A DNA stretch of 64,000 nucleotides from Octopus bimaculoides (Eukaryota). The stretch lies in contig NC_068993.1 of assembly GCF_001194135.2 (NCBI RefSeq), positions 4,526,293 through 4,590,292 on the forward strand, in the 5' to 3' direction. A program made the position numbers and the translations under genes. Positions 24,830 to 36,870 of the stretch are shown here, piece by piece; within the stretch, counting starts at the first letter, position 1, and every line of letters begins with the position of its first letter. Below the pieces are notes generated by a model. That model was given only the letters and a program-made list of their open reading frames with translations, ran no database searches and was not told the origin of the DNA.

Positions 24830-25045
24830 ATTATTATTATTATTGCTATTGCATAGTTTCTAATGCTGGAGATGTACTACGGTATCAGCTGTTCACTACC
24901 AGTGAACCACGGTAACACCCCTTATTTTTTGAGCACCTTCCGGAGTAATCAAGTAGTTCCAAGCAGTGCTGTTTTCTCCAAGCGCTCCACCCTTTTTGCA
25001 GCCCCTATTTGTTCCATGTTTATTGCAGCCCCTGTTAAGTATGCC
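24830..25045 (-). mobile_element. 3' end of a restriction-like-endonuclease non-LTR retrotransposon (R4/Dong-like) with (AAT)n tail
   Basis: AINMEQIGAAKRVERLEKTALLGTT*LLRKVLKK* (stop at 24922-24924) resembles the C-terminal motif LQK.ALLGTA.ILRKVL. It is followed by a short 3' UTR and (AAT)n at 24830-24844. Confidence 0.75.
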
Positions 25046-25049
25046 AGAC

Positions 25050-25205
25050 AAACCCAGGTTCGAAATTACCCCAAGACACCTGTTGAAGGCTGGAGGGTAT
25101 ATCAGTCGAAACATTGTGTTAACAACAAACAAGATGAGGACAAATATCCATCAAATGTAAATGATGTAAATAATGTACATAATTCCTCATCTCTTAAATA
25201 TAGAA
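25050..25205 (+). mobile_element. Penelope-type terminal repeat with decayed minimal hammerhead ribozyme
   Basis: GACAC-CTGTTGA-A-GGCTG(GAGGGTATAT)CAGTC-GAAAC-ATT-GTGTT at 25075-25120. Stems I and II pair; core A6 is substituted. Confidence 0.65.
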
Positions 25206-25335
25206 TTGACCCCAGTACTCGACTGGTTCTTGTTTTATTGACCCTGAAAGAAGTAAAGGTAGAGTCAACCTCAATGGAATTTGAACTCAGGATGTAAAGA
25301 CAAAATGCCACATAGCATTTTCCCTGACGTTCTCA
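25205..25335 (-). mobile_element. SINE (decayed, antisense)
   Basis: GACCCCAGTAC..TTTATTGACCCTGAAAG..GGAATTTGAACTCAG is the reverse complement of the 12.7 and 46.3 kb family. Confidence 0.75.
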
Positions 25336-25737
25336 CTGCTTTCTAACTTTACATATATTAGTTATTAATTGTTATTGTTGTAACACAAACCAGCAGAAGA
25401 TTTGCTAATATTGATACCAGCACCAAAGTCACACTTGACTTAACGTGAATAATGGCGATGACTAAAGCAATAAGCATGACAGTTCCTGGCTAACAACTGC
25501 TATGCAAATGAAATAACAAATGAATAAATTAATAAGCAACAAACAAAATGACGCCAATCAACTTTCCACCTTATGTTACACTAACGAGCATTTAATTTAC
25601 TCTGCTTCGTTTCTAATACTTTGACCAATTGTGAGGAAGGAGACAATTATGACACTAACCACGTGTGCAATTCATGTTGCTTTTTTGTTCCTTTACACAC
25701 ATACAGCCAAACAGCCAGACAGACAGACACACACACA

Positions 25738-25779
<42 letters not shown>

Positions 25780-25784
25780 ATGGT

Positions 25785-26070
25785 TTGGGCGTTGCATTTA
25801 CAATTGTTAGGTTGTCGATTCAATTCCAGAACTGAGCAGTGCATTGTGTTCTTGAGCAAATCCCTTCACTTCATTTCATGTTGCTCTACAATCATTTCAA
25901 CATCTGACATGTGGCACACTTGTGCACCTGTACAGGTAATGTCAACTTGATAGAGGGACTGAGCTAATGTACTGCACAGACATTTGATCACTAGAAACAA
26001 ATGGTCTGTGCAGGTTATTCGGTAAATGTTGGACATTCTTATGTTGTCTTCAACAGGAGAGGCCATCATA
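25785..26070 (+). mobile_element. tRNA-derived SINE (decayed)
   Basis: TTCAATTCCAG..GCATTGTGTTCTTGAGCAAA..CACTTCATTTCATGTTGCTC; same family as 54555 and 8740. Confidence 0.7.
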
Positions 26071-26419
26071 CATATATACATATATATTATACATACATAC
26101 ATACACACACATGTACCCTGCCACACACACACACACATGTCTAGTCTGGATAATCTTACAGCTGATTTAATGGAATGAGTGTACAGCCTGAAGGTAAAAT
26201 ATTCTTTAATGAAGTGGAAAGCTGTTGGGTGGTTAATCTGATTCTTAGACAGCAGAGACTTTCAGTGTCTTCCTAACCTTGTTAGAGCTTATTTTACTTT
26301 GTTTTCTGTGTGTGTGTTATCATTGGCATAGAAACCCCACCAAGACACATCAACATATACATTTAAATGTGAATCTTTTATCACGTCTTGTCCAGATTTT
26401 AGAGTAGATACACCATATC

Positions 26420-26650
26420 CCTACTGGTGGTAAGAAATGCTGTAAAGCAAGGCATTCATCCACAAACACTGCTGCAAAAACAAGATGATGGGCTTCTTTC
26501 AGTTTCTGTCAATCAAAGTCACTCACAAGGATTTGGCCAGCCTGTGACTATAACAGAAAACATTTGCTCAAGGTACTGCACAGAGGGATTGAACTTTCTA
26601 ACATATGGTTGGAAAATATGCTTCTTAACCACAGAGCTATGCTCGCCCCT
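26420..26650 (-). mobile_element. SINE (decayed, antisense)
   Basis: GGCTTCTTTCAGTTTCTGTC..CACTCACAAGG..GGGATTGAAC, the reverse of the 49.0 and 59.9 kb head. Confidence 0.75.
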
Positions 26651-26868
26651 TTTTATTTCATTACACGAATTGTTTTTTTTTTGTTATTTTTTTGGTTTTG
26701 TATTTTCTTTCTGTCTCTTTGTTTTTATCTCTACCTATATACCATTATATTATTGCTCTAATCCTGATTATTTTCTCATTATGGAGCTCTTTGAAAAGAG
26801 TTAGTGGTCTGCTACTCAACTGAGAATCAATACTGGCCAAGTGTTGGCGTGGCCCTCTCTTCCTCCAG

Positions 26869-27005
26869 CTGGTGTATCTGACTCAATACATGATTGGGTC
26901 AAAGATGTGAAAGCAGACAAGGTGTCTGTTGCTGTTTGGGAATATTTAGACTTCAAAAAAACGAACAGTGAAATCATGAATCATGCTATTATGTTAGACT
27001 CACTT
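26869..27005 (+). CDS. Candidate internal coding exon (137 nt, phase 1 to phase 0), product unknown
   Basis: Acceptor CCCTCTCTTCCTCCAG| and donor |GTAAGT. Only one frame is open: GVSDSIHDWVKDVKADKVSVAVWEYLDFKKTNSEIMNHAIMLDSL. No partner exons identified. Confidence 0.45.
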
Positions 27006-27371
27006 GTAAGTAATGGCTATACATATGTGTGTGTGTTTGTGGCAGGGTACATGTGTGTGTCTGTATGTATATATATATGCATGTATATAGATATATATGC
27101 ACACACATACACATATATATGTGAGTATAAATACATATGTGTTTATATCTATATGTATATAAGAATATGTTTGTATAAGTCTCAATCCCTCTGTGTGGCA
27201 CCTTAGGCAAGTTTCTTCTTTCAGTTTCCACCAGCCAAATCCACTAACAAAGTTTTGGTTGGTTTAGGAACAAGTGCACACACACAAACACACACATGGT
27301 ACTGGCAACAGCCACGCTCAAAAAGGTGTTTATTATGTGCCACCTGCACGGAAGCCAGTCCAGCGGCACTG

Positions 27372-27498
<127 letters not shown>

Positions 27499-28816
27499 CA
27501 TATATGCTTACACACACTACACATGCAGACATGTATACACACATATACATATCTTCATACTTCCACACATACATACGTCCTTATTGAACTACATCTAGTA
27601 ATTTTATTCAAATTTGTTTACAATTTTCTGTTGTTTTTTTTTAATTCTTATCATTTAACCCCAGGCCAACTCTGACAAAGTAGACTTTGATTCCAATTCA
27701 TAGCAGCTATAACCAAACCCATTGTTCTTATGTTTTTGCCATCTACACAAACCCTAAGACCACATTAACCAAATGTGCTCTCATTCTAAAACAATAGGCT
27801 GCGATTTCCAAAGATTTGGCTGCTATTTCCAGCATGTAGTGGCATCATCATTGTCTTGTTCTTCTTTGATAAATGCTGGTTGTGAATGCGAATTACTTTG
27901 AAGCCACCCCACACAGATCTCAGTCGACATGGTTCCTACCCACACAATGCTTGCATGTTAATAATAGCTCATTTAACATTGAACTTGAAAAGTAATTGAT
28001 GACGATTTGAGATGAAAGCGAAATGAAAAGGAAACGAAACTAAAACAGCTACAAATTGAGTAGAAACTTTAAAAAAAAACAAAGACATGTTCAGCATCAC
28101 CACCACCACTACTACCACTACTACCACTACTACCACCCCTAGTACTAATAGCTACTACTGTGAATAAAACTACAACCACCACAAACACCACCACCACCAC
28201 CACCACCACCACTACCACTACCACCACCGCTGCCAGCAACAACACAGCTGCTGCAGTTGCTGCATTTAGTGTGTAAAGTAGACAGGAGAGGTTTTTTTGG
28301 CATGACACAGAGTTTCATTGTGTTTGATGACACTGCACCGGTTGACTGAGTTACATTGGTTGTCATTGTGACGACGATGATGGTGACGATGATCATGGTG
28401 ACGATGTCGGTGCTGATGTCGGTAATTGTAACAAAGGCAGTGGTGATGATGACGAGGAGGAGGAGAAAATAACTATGGTGTATATTCAAGCTAAAGAAAA
28501 TAGCTGCCTATGTAATGGTGATGATGATGATGATGATGGTAGTGGTGGTGGTGTAATGGTGTTGATCTTACAATTATTCTAGATTGGTTCCTTTTATTTC
28601 ATTTCTCTGCTTCCAAAAAATAAAAGGTAAATTTCACCTTGCTGGAATTTGAACTCAAAGCACAAACAACACCAACAGCAAATACCACGTGGCATCTAAT
28701 CCAGCATTCTTGATTGAGGTTCATTTGACATATATATATATATATATATATATATAAACATATATATATATATATGTATATATGTGCGTATGTATGTGTG
28801 TGTATATATACATATA

Positions 28817-28885
<69 letters not shown>

Positions 28886-29962
28886 TATGTATGTATGTAT
28901 GTGTATATGTGTGTGTCTGGGTTTGTATTCATTTATACGTGTGTGTATGCATGCATACATATATCCAAAAAGCCCTTCAAACCCCATATTTCCATCCCAT
29001 TACTTATAGATTTATGTGATCTGCTTCAAGGTCCAATGTTCCAAAAAAGAATTATTTCACGTTCTCTTCAAAGTTTATACAATTCTTATGGCGTCAACAA
29101 TATTGATGTATATATGTATATATAGACACACATGTATATGTATATATGTATGTGTGCATATATATATCTATATATAATGTACATATATTATGTATATGTA
29201 TATATATACAATGTATATATATATATGTAATATATATATGTAATATATATATATATATAATATATATATAATATATGTGCATGTATGTGTGTTTGTGTAT
29301 CATTTCATCAAATATATATACATAGACAAATGCATACACACTCACACACACACATACACACACACGTACATAAATGTATGTATATGTATTTATGTATGTA
29401 TTAATCAGTGAATCATTATATTTATTCATCTCAATCTTCCTCTCCTTTGAATTGTCCTTTTAATTCTATATCCAGCAATCTTTAAAGAGATGTGACTTAA
29501 GAATAATTTAATAAAATCATTTTGAAATGAAAGCTAAGCAGACAATCTGTCTCTTTAGTCAATGTTTGGTATTTATATCAATATATATATTTACTGACAA
29601 CCAATTAATAATATACAAGTAGAAGGAAAACTCTCTCTGTACAAAGAATACGTTTCTGATGATCATTCTTATAAGAAATTATGCCAACTCAGTTAGTCAT
29701 ACATGTTATTATTGTTATATAGAATTAACTTTTGTGGATACTCTGAGTATATATTTCATTGTCTTCTACGAATTTAAGTATTAATTTATTTCATTTTGTT
29801 TTATTGGATTCTTTTTCTTTCTTTCTGAGTGGGTGGGGGGATGAATTTTATGTCTTCTCATGTATTCTTTTCTTTTTATGACTGAATTTTAATATCTATT
29901 AATTGCATTTACATTCTTGTTTGTCTGCATCTCTCTTACGTCTCTCTTTTGTCTTTTCTACG

Positions 29963-30003
<41 letters not shown>

Positions 30004-31528
30004 NNNNNNNNNNNNNNNNNNNNNNNNNNNNNNNNNNNNNNNNNNNNNNNNNNNNNNNNNNNNNNNNNNNNNNNNNNNNNNNNNNNNNNNNNNNNNNNNN
30101 NNNNNNNNNNNNNNNNNNNNNNNNNNNNNNNNNNNNNNNNNNNNNNNNNNNNNNNNNNNNNNNNNNNNNNNNNNNNNNNNNNNNNNNNNNNNNNNNNNNN
30201 NNNNNNNNNNNNNNNNNNNNNNNNNNNNNNNNNNNNNNNNNNNNNNNNNNNNNNNNNNNNNNNNNNNNNNNNNNNNNNNNNNNNNNNNNNNNNNNNNNNN
30301 NNNNNNNNNNNNNNNNNNNNNNNNNNNNNNNNNNNNNNNNNNNNNNNNNNNNNNNNNNNNNNNNNNNNNNNNNNNNNNNNNNNNNNNNNNNNNNNNNNNN
30401 NNNNNNNNNNNNNNNNNNNNNNNNNNNNNNNNNNNNNNNNNNNNNNNNNNNNNNNNNNNNNNNNNNNNNNNNNNNNNNNNNNNNNNNNNNNNNNNNNNNN
30501 NNNNNNNNNNNNNNNNNNNNNNNNNNNNNNNNNNNNNNNNNNNNNNNNNNNNNNNNNNNNNNNNNNNNNNNNNNNNNNNNNNNNNNNNNNNNNNNNNNNN
30601 NNNNNNNNNNNNNNNNNNNNNNNNNNNNNNNNNNNNNNNNNNNNNNNNNNNNNNNNNNNNNNNNNNNNNNNNNNNNNNNNNNNNNNNNNNNNNNNNNNNN
30701 NNNNNNNNNNNNNNNNNNNNNNNNNNNNNNNNNNNNNNNNNNNNNNNNNNNNNNNNNNNNNNNNNNNNNNNNNNNNNNNNNNNNNNNNNNNNNNNNNNNN
30801 NNNNNNNNNNNNNNNNNNNNNNNNNNNNNNNNNNNNNNNNNNNNNNNNNNNNNNNNNNNNNNNNNNNNNNNNNNNNNNNNNNNNNNNNNNNNNNNNNNNN
30901 NNNNNNNNNNNNNNNNNNNNNNNNNNNNNNNNNNNNNNNNNNNNNNNNNNNNNNNNNNNNNNNNNNNNNNNNNNNNNNNNNNNNNNNNNNNNNNNNNATA
31001 TATACATATTATATATACATAAACACACACACACATATTCCTTATTCTGCTCATATCATAACATCATGCAGCTCTCTCTTTCTCTCTCTAGTATTTTCCT
31101 TTCCTTCTTCCTTCACCCACCTCTCTCTAAATATATCACTACATCTACTTCACCCTCAGTTCATTCTCCATTCTCTCTATGACTCAGCTACGCCCTCCTC
31201 CCCATCCTTCTACCGACCACCCCAGCCATCTGTTGTCTCCCTCACTAACCTTGTCTAAAATGATGGAAGAGAAAGTCAATCAGTTGTGCTGTTGTTCTCC
31301 TTGCTTTCTCCTTTCTCCATACATAAGCAAAAGAAACTAAATCCTACACAAATCCCCAGAGTTTTGGGTGTGTTCCCCATTTTATCATGACCCCTACCCC
31401 CAAACTTCTAAATTAAGACTGAAAAATGAAACTAACAAACAACACATAAAAAGAAAAACCAGCATCTAAGACATCATATTCACTGTCAGTGTTTATCTCT
31501 GTTTTTATCTAACTGTGAGTATTTATAC

Positions 31529-31825
31529 TTCACACATATTTAGCTGTTATTGACTGGCTAATAGTGTTTCTAATTCACGTGTTTAGCTTTGTTAAAGCTT
31601 CATTGATGAGTGTTCTTAATTCACACATGTTTAGTTGTTATTTTACCTGGCTAATAGTGTTTCTAATACACGTGTTTAGCTTTGTTAAAACTTCATTGAT
31701 AAGTGTTCTGAATTCACACATGTTTAGCTGTTATTGACTGGCTAATAGTGTTTCTAATACACATGTGTTTAGCTTTGTTAAAGCTTCATTGATAAGTATT
31801 CTGAATTCACACATGTTTAGCCATG
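31529..31825. repeat. Minisatellite: ~91-93 bp higher-order unit made of two ~46 bp subunits, about 3.2 copies
   Basis: Heads T(T/A)CAC(AC)(A/G)TGTTTAGC at 31529, 31574, 31620, 31667, 31713, 31758 and 31806; alternate subunits are near-identical. Confidence 0.92.
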
Positions 31826-31837
31826 TTTAGGTTAGCT

Positions 31838-31980
31838 CAGTGGTTCTCAAACGGAGATTATGTGGCCCTTGGGTGGTGAGATCCATATTAGATTTTGTCC
31901 TTAAAATCTACATGCAATAAACTCATTATGCTTCTACAAAGCACAAAATATTTTAGCAACTTCTTTTATACAGAGTATCT
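31838..31980 (+). mobile_element. hAT-type MITE left end interrupting the array
   Basis: CAGTGGTTCTCAAAC terminus; the subterminal region (GGCCCT..GGT..CCATAT..A) is similar to the element at 63232. Confidence 0.55.
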
Positions 31981-33683
31981 TCATACTTTAAACATGTTTA
32001 GCTGTTGTAGTTTACTTGAAGTGTTGTAGTACAGAAGTAGAATAATAAATGAAATGAGGGAAGATTTTAACAATGCAGAGATGGAAGTTGTAAAACCTTT
32101 ATATTTCAGATGCAAAGGCCCATCTTCAGAAGAGTACAAGGAAATGGTAAATGGTTTACAGCACAAAAGAAATCACTTTAAACTTGCTAAAATATTTCAA
32201 ATGGTTTATATGATTGGAAATATAATTTCAAAGTATTTATGGTGTCACTGTGAGCATCTGATTAAAGACTTTGCAATTAAAAAAAGTAGGCAAAATATTT
32301 TCAAATATAAATAAGGTGAAAGTTTACAAAAATAAATATTATTTTCCATTTTACTATTTTGTTTCATTTTGAAAAATAGAAGTTTATTTATGGTTTATTA
32401 TTGTTTACATTTTGAATTACATACATATGAGGGCACCAAAATCTTTTAAGGGCATAGGGTCTCTATGGGTCTTAATGCAGCCCTGATAATGCCCCTTCAC
32501 ATGTTTAGCTCAGTTATATTGTGGAAGAGAATATTGCTATATCACATGCGTTTAATGTTGTTATAGTGTAGCAGTGAAGGCCATTACTTCATACATGTTT
32601 AGCCATGTCAAAGCAGAGGAGTCAATAATCTTTCCATTTCACACGTGTTTAGTTCCATTACACAAGCACAACTACACAGACGATGGAGAAATAGATACAG
32701 TGAGTTAAATTAACCGAAATAATTGAAAAATTCAGTGATCAGTTAATAATCAATCGATTTGTTCAGTTGCCACAACAAACCACTGACCAGATGACTAACT
32801 GACCTAAATATACAATGACCAGCTTAACCAAACTAAAGCCACTAATTATTACAAGAAAGGATGCAGTTAACAAACATGTGGGATCTGGTAACCTATAATT
32901 TGGTCGGCTTCATTGATCAAAACTGTGGTTTGATTGAACAAACGAGATTAACTGACTTGTAGTAATTATCCAATATTTGGCCAAAAGCAATCCATTTTGA
33001 AAATCTAATCAGTCAATTAAAAAGCAATCAATTAATTAAACAAAATCTTCAATGTAATAACAACCACAATAGCAGCATCAAGAAGAATGACAACAGAAAT
33101 ATTAATCATGATGATGGTGGTGGTGGCGGTGGTGGAGGGTGGTGATGATGATGATGATGATGATGATGTTACAAAGACAGACTAGTTTGTCATTAAAATT
33201 CATTTCATTTTTATTTAACTTCTTCAATTTAAATTTCTTTATAAATGTTTGAGTGTGGGAGTGAATATGAGTACAATGTGAGAGCAGTTTAAGGGAAGTA
33301 CGAGTGCAGTGTGAGGGCAGTATGAGTGCAGTAGGAAAGCAGTATGAGGACAGTGTGAGAGCAGTGTGCATGCCACATATTTCTTTCCACCTATTCTGAA
33401 CCAATGAGGGATTTAGATGCTAAATCTGGTGGAAACAGCAAAGTAGTTTCTATTTGAAATCACATCCCTGCTTCAGTTAAGGTTGACAAAGCTTCTTCGT
33501 GTAGAAGGTGAATGATATTTGCCACGTGTAAGCGCTATGAATTTAAATTCCCATCTACAGTTTTCACAATACAGAGCCCAACAATAAACTATGTCATTTT
33601 CCTTTCTGGTTCAGAAAGGACCAGGAATGTAAAGATAACCTGGAATGCAAAGCTAACCAAGCATGTAAAAATGTTTATGTATA

Positions 33684-33915
33684 CAGAGTGTTCAAAACGT
33701 CTCTCAGCAGTGAATTTTTTTCATCCTGCGCATCACCATGGCACTCCTTCAAGAATTTTTCAGTGAACGGATTATTTCGAAGGGACTTTGGCCACCAAGA
33801 TCACCTGATTTAACACTGCCAGAGTTTCTTCTGGAGAGTAAGTGAAGGATCAGTGTACAAGAATAACCTGAAAACTATTAAATACTTACTGCAGAGAAAC
33901 TTTTTGAACACTCTG
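33684..33915 (+). mobile_element. Tc1/mariner deletion derivative (MITE) with perfect TIRs
   Basis: TA|CAGAGTGTTCAAAA ... TTTTGAACACTCTG|TA. Internal remnant LLQEFFSERIISKGLWPPRSPDLT carries the WPPRSPDL motif. Confidence 0.88.
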
Positions 33916-34344
33916 TATATACTAAGACACAAATGCAAGTGAGTCTCCCCCTGCAGATTCACTTGCATATAAATCAGTCAAACACTGAGCCAAACAGTTT
34001 AGCTTTTGAATGTTCTAAACTCTGCCTGGTAACAACTCAAGATGGATGATAATCTGTTTTCTTTCTGGTGTTCTGATTAAAAAGAAATATATGAATTATA
34101 TTAGACATACTTGAAACAGTAAAAATATTATCAGAATTTATATATACCTTTCTCTATGTCACCTGTGTGGCTAATTTAGGTCTACCCGATCTCTGAGGTT
34201 TGGGGCACAGATGTTCTGAGCCCTGAATACGTGGCCTTCAAATTTTCAGGTTTTGCAGTCTGGGCCTTTTTATCAGATTTTGGTCTTCTTCCATCTTCTC
34301 CAGGATAGAAGTATTGATAATAATTAATGGAAAATGACGATGAT

Positions 34345-34640
34345 AATTAGCTAAATATAAAACTTATGATGATGAGGAGGAGGAGGCGGAGGAGGAGGAG
34401 TAGGAGGAAGAGGATGGTGATGCTGGTGTTTATCATCATCATGGTGATGTTCTTAATGTAGAAGGAAATGGTGATGATGATGATGATGACGATGATGATG
34501 ATGATGAGGAGGAGGAGGAGGAGGAGTGGGATAGCAATACTGATAATGATGAAGACGACAACGACAATGACGTGGATGATGACCATGATGACCATGATGA
34601 CGAGGGGGGTGGAAGAGGAAGAGGAGGAGAGAAAGAGGAT
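34345..34640. repeat. (GAT/GAG)n degenerate triplet array
   Basis: Mixed GAT, GAG and GAC runs. Confidence 0.9.
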
Positions 34641-35103
34641 GCAACTTCAGTGCAAAGAAGTCTTAAAAACAAAAAAACAAAAATTGAAAACATTACCAAA
34701 AACATAAACGAAAATAAAATACAAATCAAAAGTATTAAAAACAAAAAAGAAACTTAACAGCTCTAGTGCCATCTACATCACTATCCATCAACATCACACT
34801 GCATCCTCCCCCTCTTCCTCCTCTTCCTCCTCCTCCACTTCCTCCTCCTCCTCCTCCTCCTCCCTGTCCTGCAGCATCGCCACCATATCTTCCCTGACCA
34901 ACATCACACCAACTGAGCTGAATTGGCAGATAATTTCATTGAAATGAAAACACATTAAACTAAAAGAAAAGTTTTTTTCTTTCTATTTTTAATTTCTTTT
35001 TGCTCATCATAGTTAGTTCTTGTATCATATTGAAAAGTTTTCCTCGTTACTTTAGTTCGTTATCTAACTGCTTTCCCCATATATCAACTGGCCGCTCTCA
35101 CAT

Positions 35104-35138
<35 letters not shown>

Positions 35139-35381
35139 TACACTCACACACATGCACACAAACACTCACACACACTCATATGTTAATAAATTGGGTGAAG
35201 AGATTCGTTGTTGAGTTCCCTAATTAGTGTTAATTATTTGTTTCAAAGACAGATGAATGCTCTCCTAATAACTTGGCTTTCTTCTTTCTTTTTAACTTAA
35301 TTCCTCTTCCAATGAGGCTGTTTGTTTCATGTGTAGCTTGCATTTTACTATGTTACTTTATTATATCTATCTATCCATGAA

Positions 35382-35418
<37 letters not shown>

Positions 35419-35539
35419 GTATGTATGTATACATATGTTTATATATATATATATCTATATGTGTGTGTGTGTGTTATTATGAGTATTTATACATACATTT
35501 ATATATATATATATATACATAAATATAATATATATAATA

Positions 35540-35605
<66 letters not shown>

Positions 35606-36155
35606 GTATGTACTTAAATATATATATATATATATATATACATACTTACATATATATGTGTGTGGGTTTCTGTGTGCATACAGAGTTAGATGGATACGTG
35701 AATACACACATGCATATATATATATATAGATAGACAGAACAAGAGAGTGATAGAAAGGGACATATACATACATATGAAAGGGAGAAAGAGAGGAAATGAT
35801 AGAGGCATAACTAGAGAGAGTGAAAGAAACAGCAAGTGATAGGTATGTATAGACTGTGCTCATCTGCACATTACTGCACTCATATGTACAGACCTATATA
35901 GATGCGAACTGACAGCTATGTGTATTTATTGATATGCATAAATTATTAGTGACTTGGATTATTTTAAGGAGTAGGAATATGTAACGAACATACATTAACG
36001 AATGAAAAATATAGAAAGAAGCAGGCATTCATACAAACGAATATACACATATACACATCTATGCATGTATGTATATAAGTGTATATATATTCATCTATAT
36101 ATATGTGTGTGTATATTAAAGTGTATATGTATATACATGTATGTATGTGTGTTTG

Positions 36156-36187
<32 letters not shown>

Positions 36188-36217
36188 CATACATTTGTAT
36201 TCATGGATTTGCATTTG

Positions 36218-36254
<37 letters not shown>

Positions 36255-36654
36255 AACTCAATACATAGAACAGAGTTGGTATATTTTCTTAGAAGATGGC
36301 GTTTCTTAAATTGTTACTCTGAGCTTCATGTGTTTGTTCTTCAAACAACTGAAGACAGAAATAATGCGATAATATAAAAGTAAAACTACTTTTAAATACA
36401 TCAAAATATGATTTGTCATTGTGTGCTGATTGACTGCATCCATACAGAATCGTCGGAAATTGCACCCCACAATCATTTATTCCGTTGTTTTATATAGAAT
36501 ATGTGATATATTCATGTATTCATGCAAAGTCTTGTTTAGATTTTCTCTCTCTTCAGTATCATATGTGTAAAACACACAAAATCAAAGACTAGTAGCTATT
36601 GTTAATGCAGTTTAGTTTTATACATGTTCATGTGTGTGTGTGTTTGTGTGTATG

Positions 36655-36870
36655 TTTGTCTCCTTCCACCACATGACAACTGGTGTTGGTGTGTTTGAGT
36701 TTCTATGATTTAGCAGTTCAGGAAAAGGAATGATGAAATAAGTACCAGGCTTAGAAAAAAAACCCCAAAAAAACATAAGTACCAGGGTCGATTCATAAGG
36801 TTAAAAATTTTTCAAAGTCGTATTCCAGCATGGCCATAGTCTAATGGTTGAAGCAAGTAGAAGCAAAAAA
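36655..36870 (+). mobile_element. SINE 3' body (decayed)
   Basis: GACAAC..GGTGTTGGTGTGTTT..AATAAGTACCAGG..CCAGCATGGCC. Confidence 0.7.

Noticed and set aside
24863-25297. 144-aa + strand ORF
   Set aside because: It is a chance read-through across the antisense non-LTR 3' end, a PLE terminal repeat and a SINE.
31529-32690. CRISPR array
   Set aside because: Eukaryotic context, no cas genes, degenerate ~15-nt heads, and repeated spacers in the left block.
33620-33655. miR-1-like GGAATGTAAAG
   Set aside because: The match stops after 11 nt and there is no precursor hairpin.
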